Shown: piece after piece, positions 26,687 to 42,418 of the stretch | How positions within the stretch are numbered: position 1 is the first letter of the stretch | How the letters are laid out: the number at the start of each line of letters is the position of its first letter | NCBI RefSeq assembly: GCF_009914755.1 | Contig: NC_060929.1 | Source: the human T2T-CHM13v2.0 reference genome, Homo sapiens | Length of the DNA: 64,000 nt | Strand: one strand, 5' to 3' | The notes under the pieces: generated by a model | Told to the model about the DNA's origin: nothing | The model's database searches: none | What the model saw: the letters and a program-made list of their open reading frames with translations, nothing else | Translations under genes and position numbers: made by a program

Positions 26687-28670
26687 TAAAACACCAGTTT
26701 TACACTGTTGTAAAACAAACACTATAAAGACTTTGTATCTTATCTTTGGCCTGATAATTTTGTCACTCTGTGTGGGCATTGAAAACTGTCATATGATATT
26801 ATTTCAGAGTACTTCACACAAGATTAACAACTGTCATTTATTTGTTGAGACAATACCTGAAACTGAGAATTAACTATTATTTGTTTTCCAGTTAAGATAG
26901 CCAGAACAATTAAATCTGAATGATTGTCATTGTTTTTAACAGTGTTTTGTTCAATAGGCCAAATGTGGCAGTATTCTTTGAAAACTAGTTTTATACTAAA
27001 CTCCAGGGATCTCAGATCTTTTATAAAAACTTCAGCACTCACTGAGTCCCCTAAGAGTGATCAACCTAAGATGTGTAATATGAAACTTCTGTGTGAATTT
27101 TTAACTTCCCCCAGATGGGGCAAACCACAGTGTCTTTTAATGCACTGATGGTATCAAAATGCATAAACATCAGATGCAACTGCACTCTCACATTCGATAC
27201 CAATCTGGTATTATAATAAAGGAATTACAATGTAGGGCACAAAGGAAATCATAGCATATCTTCACTTCCTGCTTACTACGTCTTGACGATTTCATAACAG
27301 TCTTTTTCAATCAAAACCCCTTACCAGGATTGAATAATAAGATCATAACAGAGAGATAAGGCAAAAATTAGAATTCGGGAACCCCAATATTAACAACTAA
27401 TGGATTTCTCATTTACCATTGAACACTTTGACCATTGCTCATTGGCTCATGGGGAATATCACTTTCCTTTTAGTCTCAAATGAAATATAAATAATAAAAA
27501 TACTTTAGGAAACTTCTTTTCAGGATCTGCTCTTACTTCATATTAACACTCAGGGAAAGATGAATGGAGTTTTAAAACACCTTTTTTCAAAATGTAAAGT
27601 TCTAACTGTAAGACTTGACCATAAAAAAGGCCTTCGCAATATTGTGATTGAAATGTTTTTATTTATAATTTCCTAACTTTCATCAATATTTTTTTGTTAA
27701 AATGCAAAAAAAAATTGTATGATTTTCCTAAGAACACATCTTGTTTAAAATTTTATAAAAGTAAAATGTAAGACTTAGTAGAGGCATATGGATATACAAT
27801 ATTCCAGACACTTGAAGTTTTCACTTCCTTCCTTATAGTTTCCAAAATGTGGAAAAGAGAAAACTATGTTGTTATACAAATATATACATTAGTAGAATTC
27901 CTGTTGCTATAGTATTTCTATAACAATTCCAAGAAAGAACTCCAAACACTTCTTATGACATCTCTTTAATAAATGAGTCCAGAATTCCAAATCTTATTGT
28001 GTCTTTTAACTTCCATCACATATATGTTAAGTGTAAATTTATTTAGCATGAATATTATTCTTTCCCTTCCACGTCAGTCAAGCTAAAGCATACAGAATAG
28101 TTGACACTTCTAAAATATAGTTTCTCATTTGATATATAGATGAATATACTTGATTCTAAGAAATGTTATCAGAGTGTCAGTAAAAGTAACCATCTTATAA
28201 AATGGAATTTGTTGATGCATTCACAAATGTTTGATGTTCTTCAGTTGCACAATAATTTTCCTAACCAGACCTCAGAGAAAACACATAACAGTCACCACAA
28301 TTTTTTATTTCTACCTAAGATGCAGAAGAATTATCAGAGAAAACAGGTTTGGAGGTCTTTGTATTTTTAGTTCAAATGTGTGTGTCTCTTTAAGGTAGTA
28401 TATGACTATAGCCCTCCGCTGGAAAAAATATATATATATATGTATATAGGATTAAAATGCAAGGTTGAAGTGTCCAGTCTGTTAGGGGCTTACAAATGTG
28501 ACTTTTATGATTTCTATAAAAGCAAGAGAAAATAAGGTATTTTCCTGCAGAAAAGTTAAATGTTTGTGTATAAAGCCTACTACACATAACCTCTGGGCTT
28601 GGCAGGATGTCATAACTCTCATGATCTGAGCAAGGTTCATTCTTTTCAAAAGTGGTTGATTATTGTTTCT

Positions 28671-28828
28671 TCTTTTTTTTTTCTTTTTTCTTTTTTTGAG
28701 ACAGAGTTTTGCTCTTGTTGCCCAGGCTGGAAGTGCAACAGTACCATCTTGGCTCACTGTAACCTCCGCCTCCCGGATTCAAGCGATTCTTCTGCCTCAG
28801 CCTCCTGAGTAGCTGGGACAAGCCCAGC

Positions 28829-28860
<32 letters not shown>

Positions 28861-29266
28861 ACAGAGTTTCACTCTTGTTGCCCAGGCTGGAGTGCAGTGG
28901 TGCGATCTGAGCTCACCGCAACCACCGCTTCCCAGGTTCGAGCAATTCTCCTGCCTCAGCCCCCTGAGTAGCTAGGATTACAGGCAGGCACCACCATGCC
29001 CAGCTAATTTTGTATTTTTAGTAGAGATGGAGTTTCTCTATTGGTCAGGCTCGTCCCAAACTCCTGACCTTAGGAGATCCCCCTGCCTTGGCCTCCCAAA
29101 GTGCTGGGATTACAGGCGTGAGCCACCGTGCCCGGCCTAATTTTTTGGTAGAGATGGGGTTTCACCATGTTGACCAGGCTGGTCTCGAACTCCTGACCTT
29201 AGGAGATCCACCTGCCTCAGCCTCCCAAAGTGCTAGGATTATAGGTATGAGCCACTGCGCCCGGCC
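28671..29266 (-). mobile_element. nested Alus: a full Alu (28832-29137) inside the A-rich linker of another Alu
   Basis: outer TSD GATTATTGTTTCT (28658-28670, 29268-29280); inner TSD TAATTTTTT (28829-37, 29138-46). Confidence 0.92.
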
Positions 29267-29549
29267 AGATTATTGTTTCTCTAGTATCAGATGATAAAGT
29301 GCAATTTCAAAATGTAATAGTCCTATTTTCTATATTCAACAATAATTTTTCCTTTTCACTTTGCTTGGCTAATTCTGGCCTATATAAAAGCAAATTTAAG
29401 ACATTGCTTTAGTACATACATGAAACTTGAAAGCCAAGAGACCAGGAATGAGACTCATTAAAAAACAAACCAAGGAAGTTCTTATTGCCTACAGAGTATG
29501 TCTACTTACTGAGAGGGAAAAATCATAATAAAAAAGCATCCAAGTTTAT

Positions 29550-30400
29550 AAATCATTCATTCATTCAGCAGCTATTTATTGCTTACTGAGCACTAACTAA
29601 CCTGACACTGAAGAGCACACAGTCAACTGCATTGAGGACACCTACAAAAAAGAAAATACAACATAGAGCTTTTATGGAGCTGCATACACAGTGCTAATGT
29701 TGGGCAGTCAGAAAGGTTCTGGTGGAGGCAACATCTGAGATAATGTTGGAAGGAGGTGCAGATTTAATCTGGATAATAAGCAGATGGAGAGAAAGACCTT
29801 TAAACAAAGTCTCTCCTCTCCCTATGACAAAGCCTCAGGCACAAGAAAATGTGAACATTTTGGGGAAATACAAGTGGAACCTCCAGGCAAGAATCGCCAA
29901 AAATTAGATTGTATTAGCAGGACAGGATGGAATTCTGCATGGCGTTGCAGGTGTGTTAAGGTATATGGACTTCTTCCTAAGGCAGCGGGTAGCAACTGAA
30001 TAATTTTAAGCAGAAGAATGATTTGTTTTTAAAAAGTCGTTTTGGTATACAGTGCAGAATCTGTCAGGTCTAAGAGGGGAGAGGGGCTCAAGCTTCAAGA
30101 GGGTTTGAGAGGCTACTGCTCCAATCCTTCCGATGGCGATTTGCCCAAGGGAATGGAGAGTAATGCACAACTTTTGAGAGGATTGGCAAGGAGCAGGAAG
30201 GTAGGAATCCAGGTCAATTCTGTATATCTGGCTTGGAGAAATTGGCTGATCGTACTTCCTCTTACTGAGAGAGAACATATAGGAGAAGGCAGGGCTCAGG
30301 AGGAACCTCTGAGACAGAGATTACATTTGGGTGCACGCTGCTGTGCTTTAAGCACTGCACCTTCAAAGGAATTCAGTTGAACCTGGCTCAGAGGGGATAG
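29550..30400 (-). mobile_element. L2 LINE 3' portion
   Basis: (ATTC)n tail TCATTCATTCATTCAGCAGCTATTTATTG followed by purine-rich L2 body. Confidence 0.7.
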
Positions 30401-32776
30401 CTGGCCATGAGCAAAGCTTATTTCTGGTGCTGGGTTTAGATTAACAGGAAACTTGAATTATCAACCTCTATAGAAGCCTTTGACTCCATAGGAGAAATTC
30501 TCCTTTCATGCTTGGCACTAGTCCATTTGGAACATGGAAAGTTGGAAGAGGAAAAGACAAAACTTCATATGGGTATTGTAAAAGGAAAGGGAATATTTTT
30601 TAAGTGACTAAATAAAGAGGAGTTAGTACACCCTGTATCAAAACCCACTTTTATGGATAGTTAGTGAGTTCTAAAGAAAAGATATTTATGTGTAAGTTTG
30701 TAAAGTTTTGAGTTTGAGTCTTGACTCACAACAGTGTACACTGATGATTTTTTTTCTCCATTGTCTTGCTAAATGTAATGCTCATTTCTGTGCTATTTTC
30801 AAAAATTAATCAACAGTTTAATCAGTCATGCTTAATTTGGGGATTCCATTGGTGGCCACCTCCCTGCACCATCTACTGAATGAATCTATTTGTTTTAGGA
30901 CATCGATGGCAGAAAAGATTATTTGGGATCCATGAACCTATTTTGTTTACAAAGCTTGTGCTTAGGTAGTTGACGCTATTATCAAACAGAGTGTGCGCTA
31001 GAGATGGTGCTTGGCAGGCTTGGGGTCAGGCTTTTCCGGGTCTCAGTTGTAAATCCTGCAATGTTTTTTTCCCCTCCCTTTAGTTCACTTATGGTAGCTT
31101 GGGCAGAGTCTGACATATTTCATTCCTGGCTGCAGGCCAAAACAGGCTTTTTAACAAAGCCACGTATTCTTTTCCTACTTTCAGATGGGCTAGCCCCACC
31201 AAAGTGGTTGACTTTCTTCTAAAGTAGTGAAAATAGATTTGTCTCACTTGGCTCTTTGCTGTAAGCAAAGGAAAACAATTTTGCCTAATTAGCAAGGGAA
31301 AACAATTTTGCTTAATTTAAAGAGAAGGATATAAGTAAGAAACAAGAGGAAGTCAGGAAGTGGGAACACAGGCAAAATCTTGCCTCAAATGCTCTGGTTC
31401 AGACACTGCTGCTGGCCCTACCTCCTCAGGTGACAGTGCCAGGATGGTAAAGCCACAACCGCCCACTATCTCTACCCACCCCTGATGCTGAGCACAGTAG
31501 CATAAACTGTCCCTTTATCCTTGCATCACTTGATGAAGGTACAAAAGCTGAGAAAAAGAACCAGATGGCGGGGGCGAGGCACCTGTTCATGGGATATGGA
31601 GAGGACACACTTGTCTTCCTTTGGCCTTTGTGTGCAAAGGTGGGCTGTGTCTCTCTCCAGGGCTCACACAGTGGGAGATTTCTCCCCAAAAGGAAGAGGT
31701 TTGTGCAGCCAACAAATAAGGAATATTCACTACAGTTTACCCTTTTGGCTGACTATATTTGTCCTTCTACACATATTTACATTAAAAAAGTCCTTATCTA
31801 ACATAATATAATGATCCTTCGTATAACTTACAATACACTCTTTCCCTCCCCCAAGTAAGAAAATCTGAAGTGAGCCAGACTCCAAATCCAGAATCTCTGG
31901 GGGATGTCCACTTCTTTGGTTCCGCATAATCCCACTTCAGAATTTGGCTACTGAAAGCACGCATTATATGGTTGATTACTACCACCTACCTCCTCAAGAA
32001 AAGGGAATTTAATTAAAATGCGCAAATATAACCATGATTCAACAAGAAAGAAAAATTGGGTAGAGGCTTTAGTCTTTGTTTCTGCAAGTGACCATGAGAC
32101 TGTCACTGGTATTTATGACTTTATTCCTCCACCAAGCATTTCTGTTTGCTTTGCCCTCTGCTAGCACCTCAGCTGGCTGGGATTCTTTACCCAGTGGGAT
32201 CACTCAAACCTTCTTCCGGAGGGATCTAAGCTTTTGGTGGTTCTGCCTGAATAGATTGCCAGAGTCTTTGATTAACTTTTAACACTGGGCATGGTAATAT
32301 GAGAAGGTGTTCTGTTTATTCTCCTCCCTGCCCCCATTGTATAACAGCAATCCAGTTTTTCCTTGAGAATTAGAATCAATCAAACTACGCTAAAACACCA
32401 TTTTCCCCCTGTCTTCAACATGAAGAGTGTAAAATAGTCCAATAGAAGTCTAAGCTCCATCAAATGCTGAAAACATTCCTCTTTTCTATGATCCCCATGC
32501 CAGCAGAGCCTGGAGCTGATGGGATGGAATGCAAAATTTTGCAAGATGTAATTAGCAATTAGGTAATAGCACCATGTTTAATATAGCACCATAGATAATT
32601 AAGTGAATAGCACCATATTTCTAGTCCTTTGTTCCTCAACTAATATAATTTGGTTTTGGGAAAAACAGAATTGTTTACTGTTTGCTGGTTAAAGAACAAT
32701 TACTACATCTACAGAACCAGGCCCTGAATTTTCAAAGTATCTATTGTACATTAGGACTTAAATCCATCTTCAGTAG

Positions 32777-33106
<330 letters not shown>

Positions 33107-33582
33107 ACATTTTACGCTTTTATAAGATGATTGACTCTAGATGAGGGTCCTATGATAAGACTGGCTATTTCTAAAGTAAAGTGAATTCTTTGGCTGGGAG
33201 AAATGTTGTGTAGTGTGCCAATACTTGGTTTCCCTTGAAGTGGACAAAATGCCCACTAGAGTTCATTCTGGGGATAATGCTGGAGAGCACTCGAATCCTG
33301 CGTTCTTAGGAATTAGTGTTGCCTCACAGATTGTGTCTTATCTTTTCTCTAAATGTTTGATATTTTTCTTTCTTTATAACACAATTAACTTAGTAAATGC
33401 CAAAAGTCACACAGCTAGTAAATGTTACAGCCAGACTTTGAATCCAGTATTCTGACTGCAAAATAAAAGCTCTTGTCTCTATGCAATGCATCTCTTCTCT
33501 ACACCAGTGATTTTATTGTCCTTTGTGGTCATTAGGCTTTTCTTCATTGAAGGAGCCTCTTGGATCTTTAAAATGACTTTGT

Positions 33583-34527
33583 GCAACATGTTTATCTGCT
33601 ACATACGAGTGAGACATGCAATATTTGTTTTTCTGTGCCTGGCTTATTTCACTTAACATAATGACCTCCAGTTCTATCCACATTGCTGCAGATGACAGGA
33701 TCTCTTTCTTTTTATGGCTGAATACTATTTCACTGTGTATATATACCACCTTTTCTTCATCTATTTGTCCACTGATGAACACTTAGATTGATTTTATACC
33801 TTGGCTATTGTGAATAGTGCTGCAATAAACATGGGAGTGCAGATATATCTTTGATATGCTGATTTCCTTTCTTTTGGGTATCTACTTAGCAGTGGGATTG
33901 CTGGATCATATGGTAATTCTATTTTTAATTTTTTGAGAAACCTCCACACTGTTCTCTATAATGGCTATATTAATTTACATTTCCACCAACAGTGTATGAG
34001 TTCCCTTTTCTCTGTATCATAGCTAGCATTTGTTTTTTTTTGTTTTTTTTTTTGTTTTTTTTTTTGTCTTTTGTAAATAGCCATTTAACTGGGGTGAAAC
34101 AATCTCATTGTAGTTTTTGATTTACATTTCCCTGATTGGTTATGTTGAGCCTTTTGAAATATACCCGTAAACCATTTGTGTGTCCTCTTTTGAGATAGAG
34201 ACTAGAATGATAATTACTAGAAGCTAGGAAAGGTCAGGAGTGGAAGAGAATGAAAAGAGGCTGGTTAATGAGTACAAACACAGAAGGGCTAAGTACTATT
34301 GTTTGATAGAACAGTAGGGTGACAATAGTTAACTATAACGTGTGGAATATTTCATAATAGCTAGAAGAGAAGATTTCAAGTGTTATCAATACAAAGAAAA
34401 AGTAAATGTTTGAGGTGATTGATATTCTAGATACCCTGATTTGATCATTATACATTATATGCATATATCAAAATATCACATGTACCCCATACATACAGAC
34501 AATTATTACATATCAGTAAAACTTTTT
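33583..34527 (+). mobile_element. 5'-inverted (twin-primed), truncated L1MA
   Basis: 33583-34195 reads L1 on minus, 34196-34520 reads L1 3'UTR on plus; identical TTTAAAATGACTTTGT at 33567-33582 and 34525-34540. Confidence 0.88.
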
Positions 34528-37500
34528 AAAATGACTTTGTTCTAGGACTTGGGTAAGAGGTCAAGAATTTTATATGTATTTTGGTGGTATTTACCAGATC
34601 CAAAGTTTTTTCAAATATACAAGATTTTATTTCAACATCTTAGACTGCATGGTTGATTAAACATTGTCAAAAATATCTAGGTTAGAACATTCTGATCACT
34701 ATGATAACTATGCCTCCTCTCCCTCTGTTGATTAAATGCCATATGATGGACATCTGATTGAATCATCCCCATGACCCATTGGGGAGTTCCTATCATTAGC
34801 ATTCCTAATGCTAAGATACCTTTCTAAGTTGCTGGTGTTATTCTCACTAATGTGTATCACAAACTTCAGTGAAGGAAGTGAATTCTGGACTCCCCCTAGG
34901 GAATGTAGAGAGTGGGTTAGACAGTTTGCATATGGTAAATCCATTGTGGTCTTCCATTTTCTAGTCTCCGCATTCCTTCCTTTTTGACACACCAAGGAAT
35001 GTCTGACATTTCAATGAATGCGGTATGGAGAAATAAATCCTGAGTATACCTATAGTTGCACCAGATAGAAAAAATTAAATTAAATTATAATTTTAATCAG
35101 AGTGAATGCATGTATACACTTTTAGAAGCAAAGTAAGACAACAAGGCATATGACAACAAACTGCAGCCCCCTTCATACATATCTACCCTTAATTTTTGCT
35201 CTCAGAGATGATGACTTTCAATTCTTAACTCTTTCTTATGCTGTATTTCTGAAAACTTGCTTTTTCTGCTTTCTTGGTTTTTAAATTTTAGACATTATCC
35301 ATTGATTTCCAGTTACTGAAGATAAGTAGTTAGTTTTTTTTTTTTTTTAACAGCAATCGCCACCAGTGCCTACAATTTCCATCTCTCATCACTTTCAGTA
35401 TAGTTATCATGTAATTTTTGGTTAAATTAATATTGAGTGTCCACATTCTTTTGAGTATGTTAATATTGTCAACAGCAGAGTTTGTAATATAGTGACCTTC
35501 TACATCTTATGAAGCTTTTTGTTTTTTTTGGAGTTTATAATGAATTCTTTTTACATGTTTGCTTATCTTATAAATACAGGTACTTATTGCTAACAATCAC
35601 CAAATTCTTCTACTGATCTATGAAACTCTTTAAAATAAAGTCATAAATCAAGCACAGCAGATAATAATCTATCAGTCTCTTTTTTTTTCGTCATCTTTTT
35701 TTAAGCTCCAAGTCCTCCTGCAATATTTATTATCTCAACCTACTACATAACTATCATCCTAAGGTTTCTGGTCACATTGAAACTGGGAATTTTCCTTGCC
35801 TTGCTGCTATATTGAATCTCTTTTTCCTGGATGCCATATCCTTCTATTTCTTAGTTTAGATTTTTTGTTTTTGTGGAGCACATCCTACTGAGAAAAGATT
35901 ACCTATAATAGGCAAGACCCTTAATGTCTGAAAATGCCTTTACTTTATTTTTACATCATGCTTTAGCTTCTAGTCTGATGCCATTAACTTTTTTGAAAAA
36001 AAAATTTGTTTTTTATGGGTGTAGAGTAGGTGTACATATTTATGGGGTGCATGAGATATTTTGATAAAGGCATACAATGTGTCATAATCAATTCAGGGTA
36101 AATAGTGTATCCATCAACACAAATATTTTAATTTTTTGTGTTATGAATATTCCAGTTATATTCTTTTAGTTATTTAAAAATATACAATAAATTTTTGTTG
36201 ACTGTAATCCCCCTGTTGTGCTACCAAATAGTAGGCCTTATTTTTTGTACCCGTTAACCACCCCACTTCCCCCCAGCCCCACTCAACCACCCCACTTCCC
36301 CCCAGCCCCACTCACTATGATTTCCAGCCACAGGTAACCACGATTCTACTCTCTAACTCCATAAGTTCAATTGTTTTAATTTTCTTCACCCACAAATGAG
36401 TGAGAACATACAAAATTTTTCTTTCTGTGCCTGGATATTTCACTTAAGAAAATGTGTTCCAGTTCTATCCATGTTGGTGCAGATGACAGGACCTCATTCT
36501 TTTTATGGCTGAATAGTACTCCATTTTGTATATGTACCACGTTTTCTTTATTCATTTGTCTGTTGATGACACTTAGGTTGCTTCCAAATCTTGGCTATTG
36601 TGAATAGCGCTGCAATAAACATAGGAGTGCAGATATCTCTTCAATATACTGATTTTCTTTCTTTTAGGTATATACCTAGCAGTGGGATTGCTGGATCATA
36701 TGGTAGTTCTATTTTTAGTTTTTTGAGGAACCATACTGTTCTCCATAGTGGTTGTACTAATTGACATTCCCACCAACAACGTAAGAGGGTTCCCTTTTCT
36801 CTACATCCTCTCCAGCATTTGTTATTGCCCATCTTTTGGATACAAGCCATTTTAACTGGGGTAAAATGATATCTCATTTTAGTTTTGATTTATATTTCTC
36901 TAATATCAGTGATGTTGAGCATCTTTTCATATAATTCTTTGCCATTTGTGTGTCTTCTTTTGTGGAATGTCTATTCAGATCTTTTGGCCATTTTTAAATC
37001 GAATTATTAGATTTTTTTTCTGTAGCATTGTTTGAGCTCCTTATATATTCTGGTTATTAATCCCTTGTCGGATGGATACTTTGCAAGTATTTTCTCCCGT
37101 TCTGTGGGTTGTGTCTTCACTTTGTTGATTGTTTTCTTTGGTGTGTGGGAGCTTTTTAACTTGATGTGATCCTATTTGTCCATTTTTGCTTTGGTTGCTT
37201 GTGCTTTTATGGTATTACTCAAGAAATGATCACATGGTTTTTGTACTAGAGTCCATTGATATGATGTATCACACTGGCTAATTTGCATATGTTGAATCCT
37301 TCTTGCATCCCTGGGATAAATCTCAATTGGTCATGTTGTATGACCTTTATAATGTATTGTTAAATTCAGTTTGCTAGTATTTTGTTGAGGATTTTTGCAC
37401 CAGTTTTAATCAGTGATATTGGCCTGTAGTTTTCCTTTTTTGATGTGTCTTTGTCTGGTTTTTGTATCAGGGTAATACTAGCCTTGTAGAATGAGCCCGG

Positions 37501-39660
37501 AAGTATTACCTCCTCTACTTTTTAGGCTAGTTTGAGTATAATTGGTATTAAGTCTTCTTTAAATGTTTGGTAAAATTCAGCAGTGAAACCATCAGGTCCT
37601 GGCATTTTCTTTACTGGAAGACTTTTTATTATGGCTTCAATCTTGTTACTTGTTATTAGCCTGTTCAGGCTTTGGATTTCTTGCTGGTTCAATCTTGGTA
37701 GGTTGTATGTATCTAGGAATTTGTTAGTTTCTTCTAGATTTTTCAACTTATTGGTATATAGTTGCTCACAGTAGTCTCTAATGAGCTTTTGAATTTCTGT
37801 GGTATCAGCTGTAATGACTCATTTTTCATCTCTGATTTCATTTATTTGGGTCTTCTTTTTCTTGTTTGTCAATTTTGTTTGTCTTTCAAAAAACAAACTG
37901 TTTGTTTCATTTATCTTTGTATTTTTTTTTCATTTCAGTTTTATTTACGTCTGCCTGGTCTTTACTATTATTGTCTTCTAAGTTAAGGTTTGGTTTACTC
38001 CTGCTTTTCTAGTTCTTTAAAATGTATCATTAGATTGTCTATTTAAAGTTTTTCTACTTTTTTGATGATGGCACTTATTGCTATAAACTTTCCTCTTGGT
38101 ACTGCTTTCCTTGTATCCCACAGGTTTTGGTATGCTGTATTTCCATTTTCATTTGTTTCAAGGAATTTTAAAATTTCCTTCTAAATCTCTTTATTGACCC
38201 ACTGGCCATTCAGGAGCATACTGTTTAATTTCCATGTGTTTGTATAGTTTCTAAAATTCCTCATTGATTTCTAGGTTTATTCCATTGTAGTCAGAGAAGA
38301 TACTTGACATAATTTCACTTTTTTGAATTTTTAAGAGTTATTTGTGGCCTAGTATATGGTTTATCCTTGAGAGTAATCCATGTAGTGAGGAGAAGGTATA
38401 TGAAATGTTGTGTAAGTATGTATTAGTTCCATTTGGTCTATAGTGCAGGTTAAGTCCTCCGTTTCTTTTTTAACTTTCTGTCTGGAAGATCTGTCCAATG
38501 CTGAAAGCGGGGTGTTGAAGTCTGTAGCTATCACGTTGGGGCTTATCCCTCTCTTTAGCTCCAATAATATTTGTTTTATGTATCTGGGTGCTCCGGTTTT
38601 GGGTGCATATATATTTACAATATATATATTGTTATCCTCTTGCCGAATTGACCCCTTTGTAATTATATAGTGACCTTCTCTGTCTCTTCTTATAGTTTTT
38701 GTCTTGAAATCTATTTTGTCTGATACAAGTATAGCTACTCCTTTTCTTTTTTGGTTTCTGTTGGCATGAATATCTTTTTCCATCCCTTTATTTTCAATCT
38801 ATATGTGTCTTTAAAGGTGAAGTGTGTTTTTTGTAGGCCACGAATCATTTACTCTTTTGTTTTAATCCATTCAGCCATTCTATGTCTTTTGATTGGAGAG
38901 TTTAGTCTATTTACATTCAATGTTAGTATTGATAAGTAAGGGCTTATTGCTGTCATTTTGTCATTTGTTTTCTAGATGTTTTGTAGTCTGCTCATACTTC
39001 TTTCCTTCCTCCATGTCTTTCTTTTAGGAGGGTGATTTTTCCCAGGTGGTATGTTTTAATTTTTTACTTTTTGTGAGTTCATTGTATGTTTTTTAAATTT
39101 GAGATTACCATAAAGCTTGCAAATAATACCTTATAAGCCATTATTTTAAGCTGATGAGAACTTAACACTTATTTCATAAACAAACTAGCTAAGTAATAAG
39201 CAAAGTCAAAACTAATAAAAAGTACTTTTTTCCTTCCAATTTTGTTTCTATTTCTGTCTTATTGTGCTATGTCTACAAAAAGTTATTGTAGTTACTATTT
39301 TTGATCAGTTCATCTTTTAGTTTTTCTACTGAACATATGAGTAGTTTAGACACCACAATTACAGTGTTATAATATTGTGTTTTTCTGTGTATTTACTTTA
39401 TCAGTGAGTTTTGTACCTTCAGATGATTTCTTGTTGCTCATTAATATCCTTTTCTTTCAGATTGAAGCAGTCTATTTAGCATTTGCTATAGGGCAGTTCT
39501 GGTGTTTATGAAATCCCTCAGCATTTGTTTGTCTGGGACCGTCTTTATTTCTTCTTCCTGTATGAAGAATATTTTTGTCAGATATACTATTCTAGGTAAT
39601 ATAGAATATGTCATGTCATATTCAGCACTTTAAATATGTCATGTCCACTTCAACACTTTA

Positions 39661-42418
<2,758 letters not shown>

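Noticed and set aside
27180-27470. Cluster of ETS-, NF-kB- and CCAAT-like motifs in non-repeat sequence
   Set aside because: Short motifs are expected by chance; no conservation or chromatin data available
32566-32616. miR-29 gene copy
   Set aside because: Match stops after nt 9 of the mature sequence and no precursor hairpin is evident
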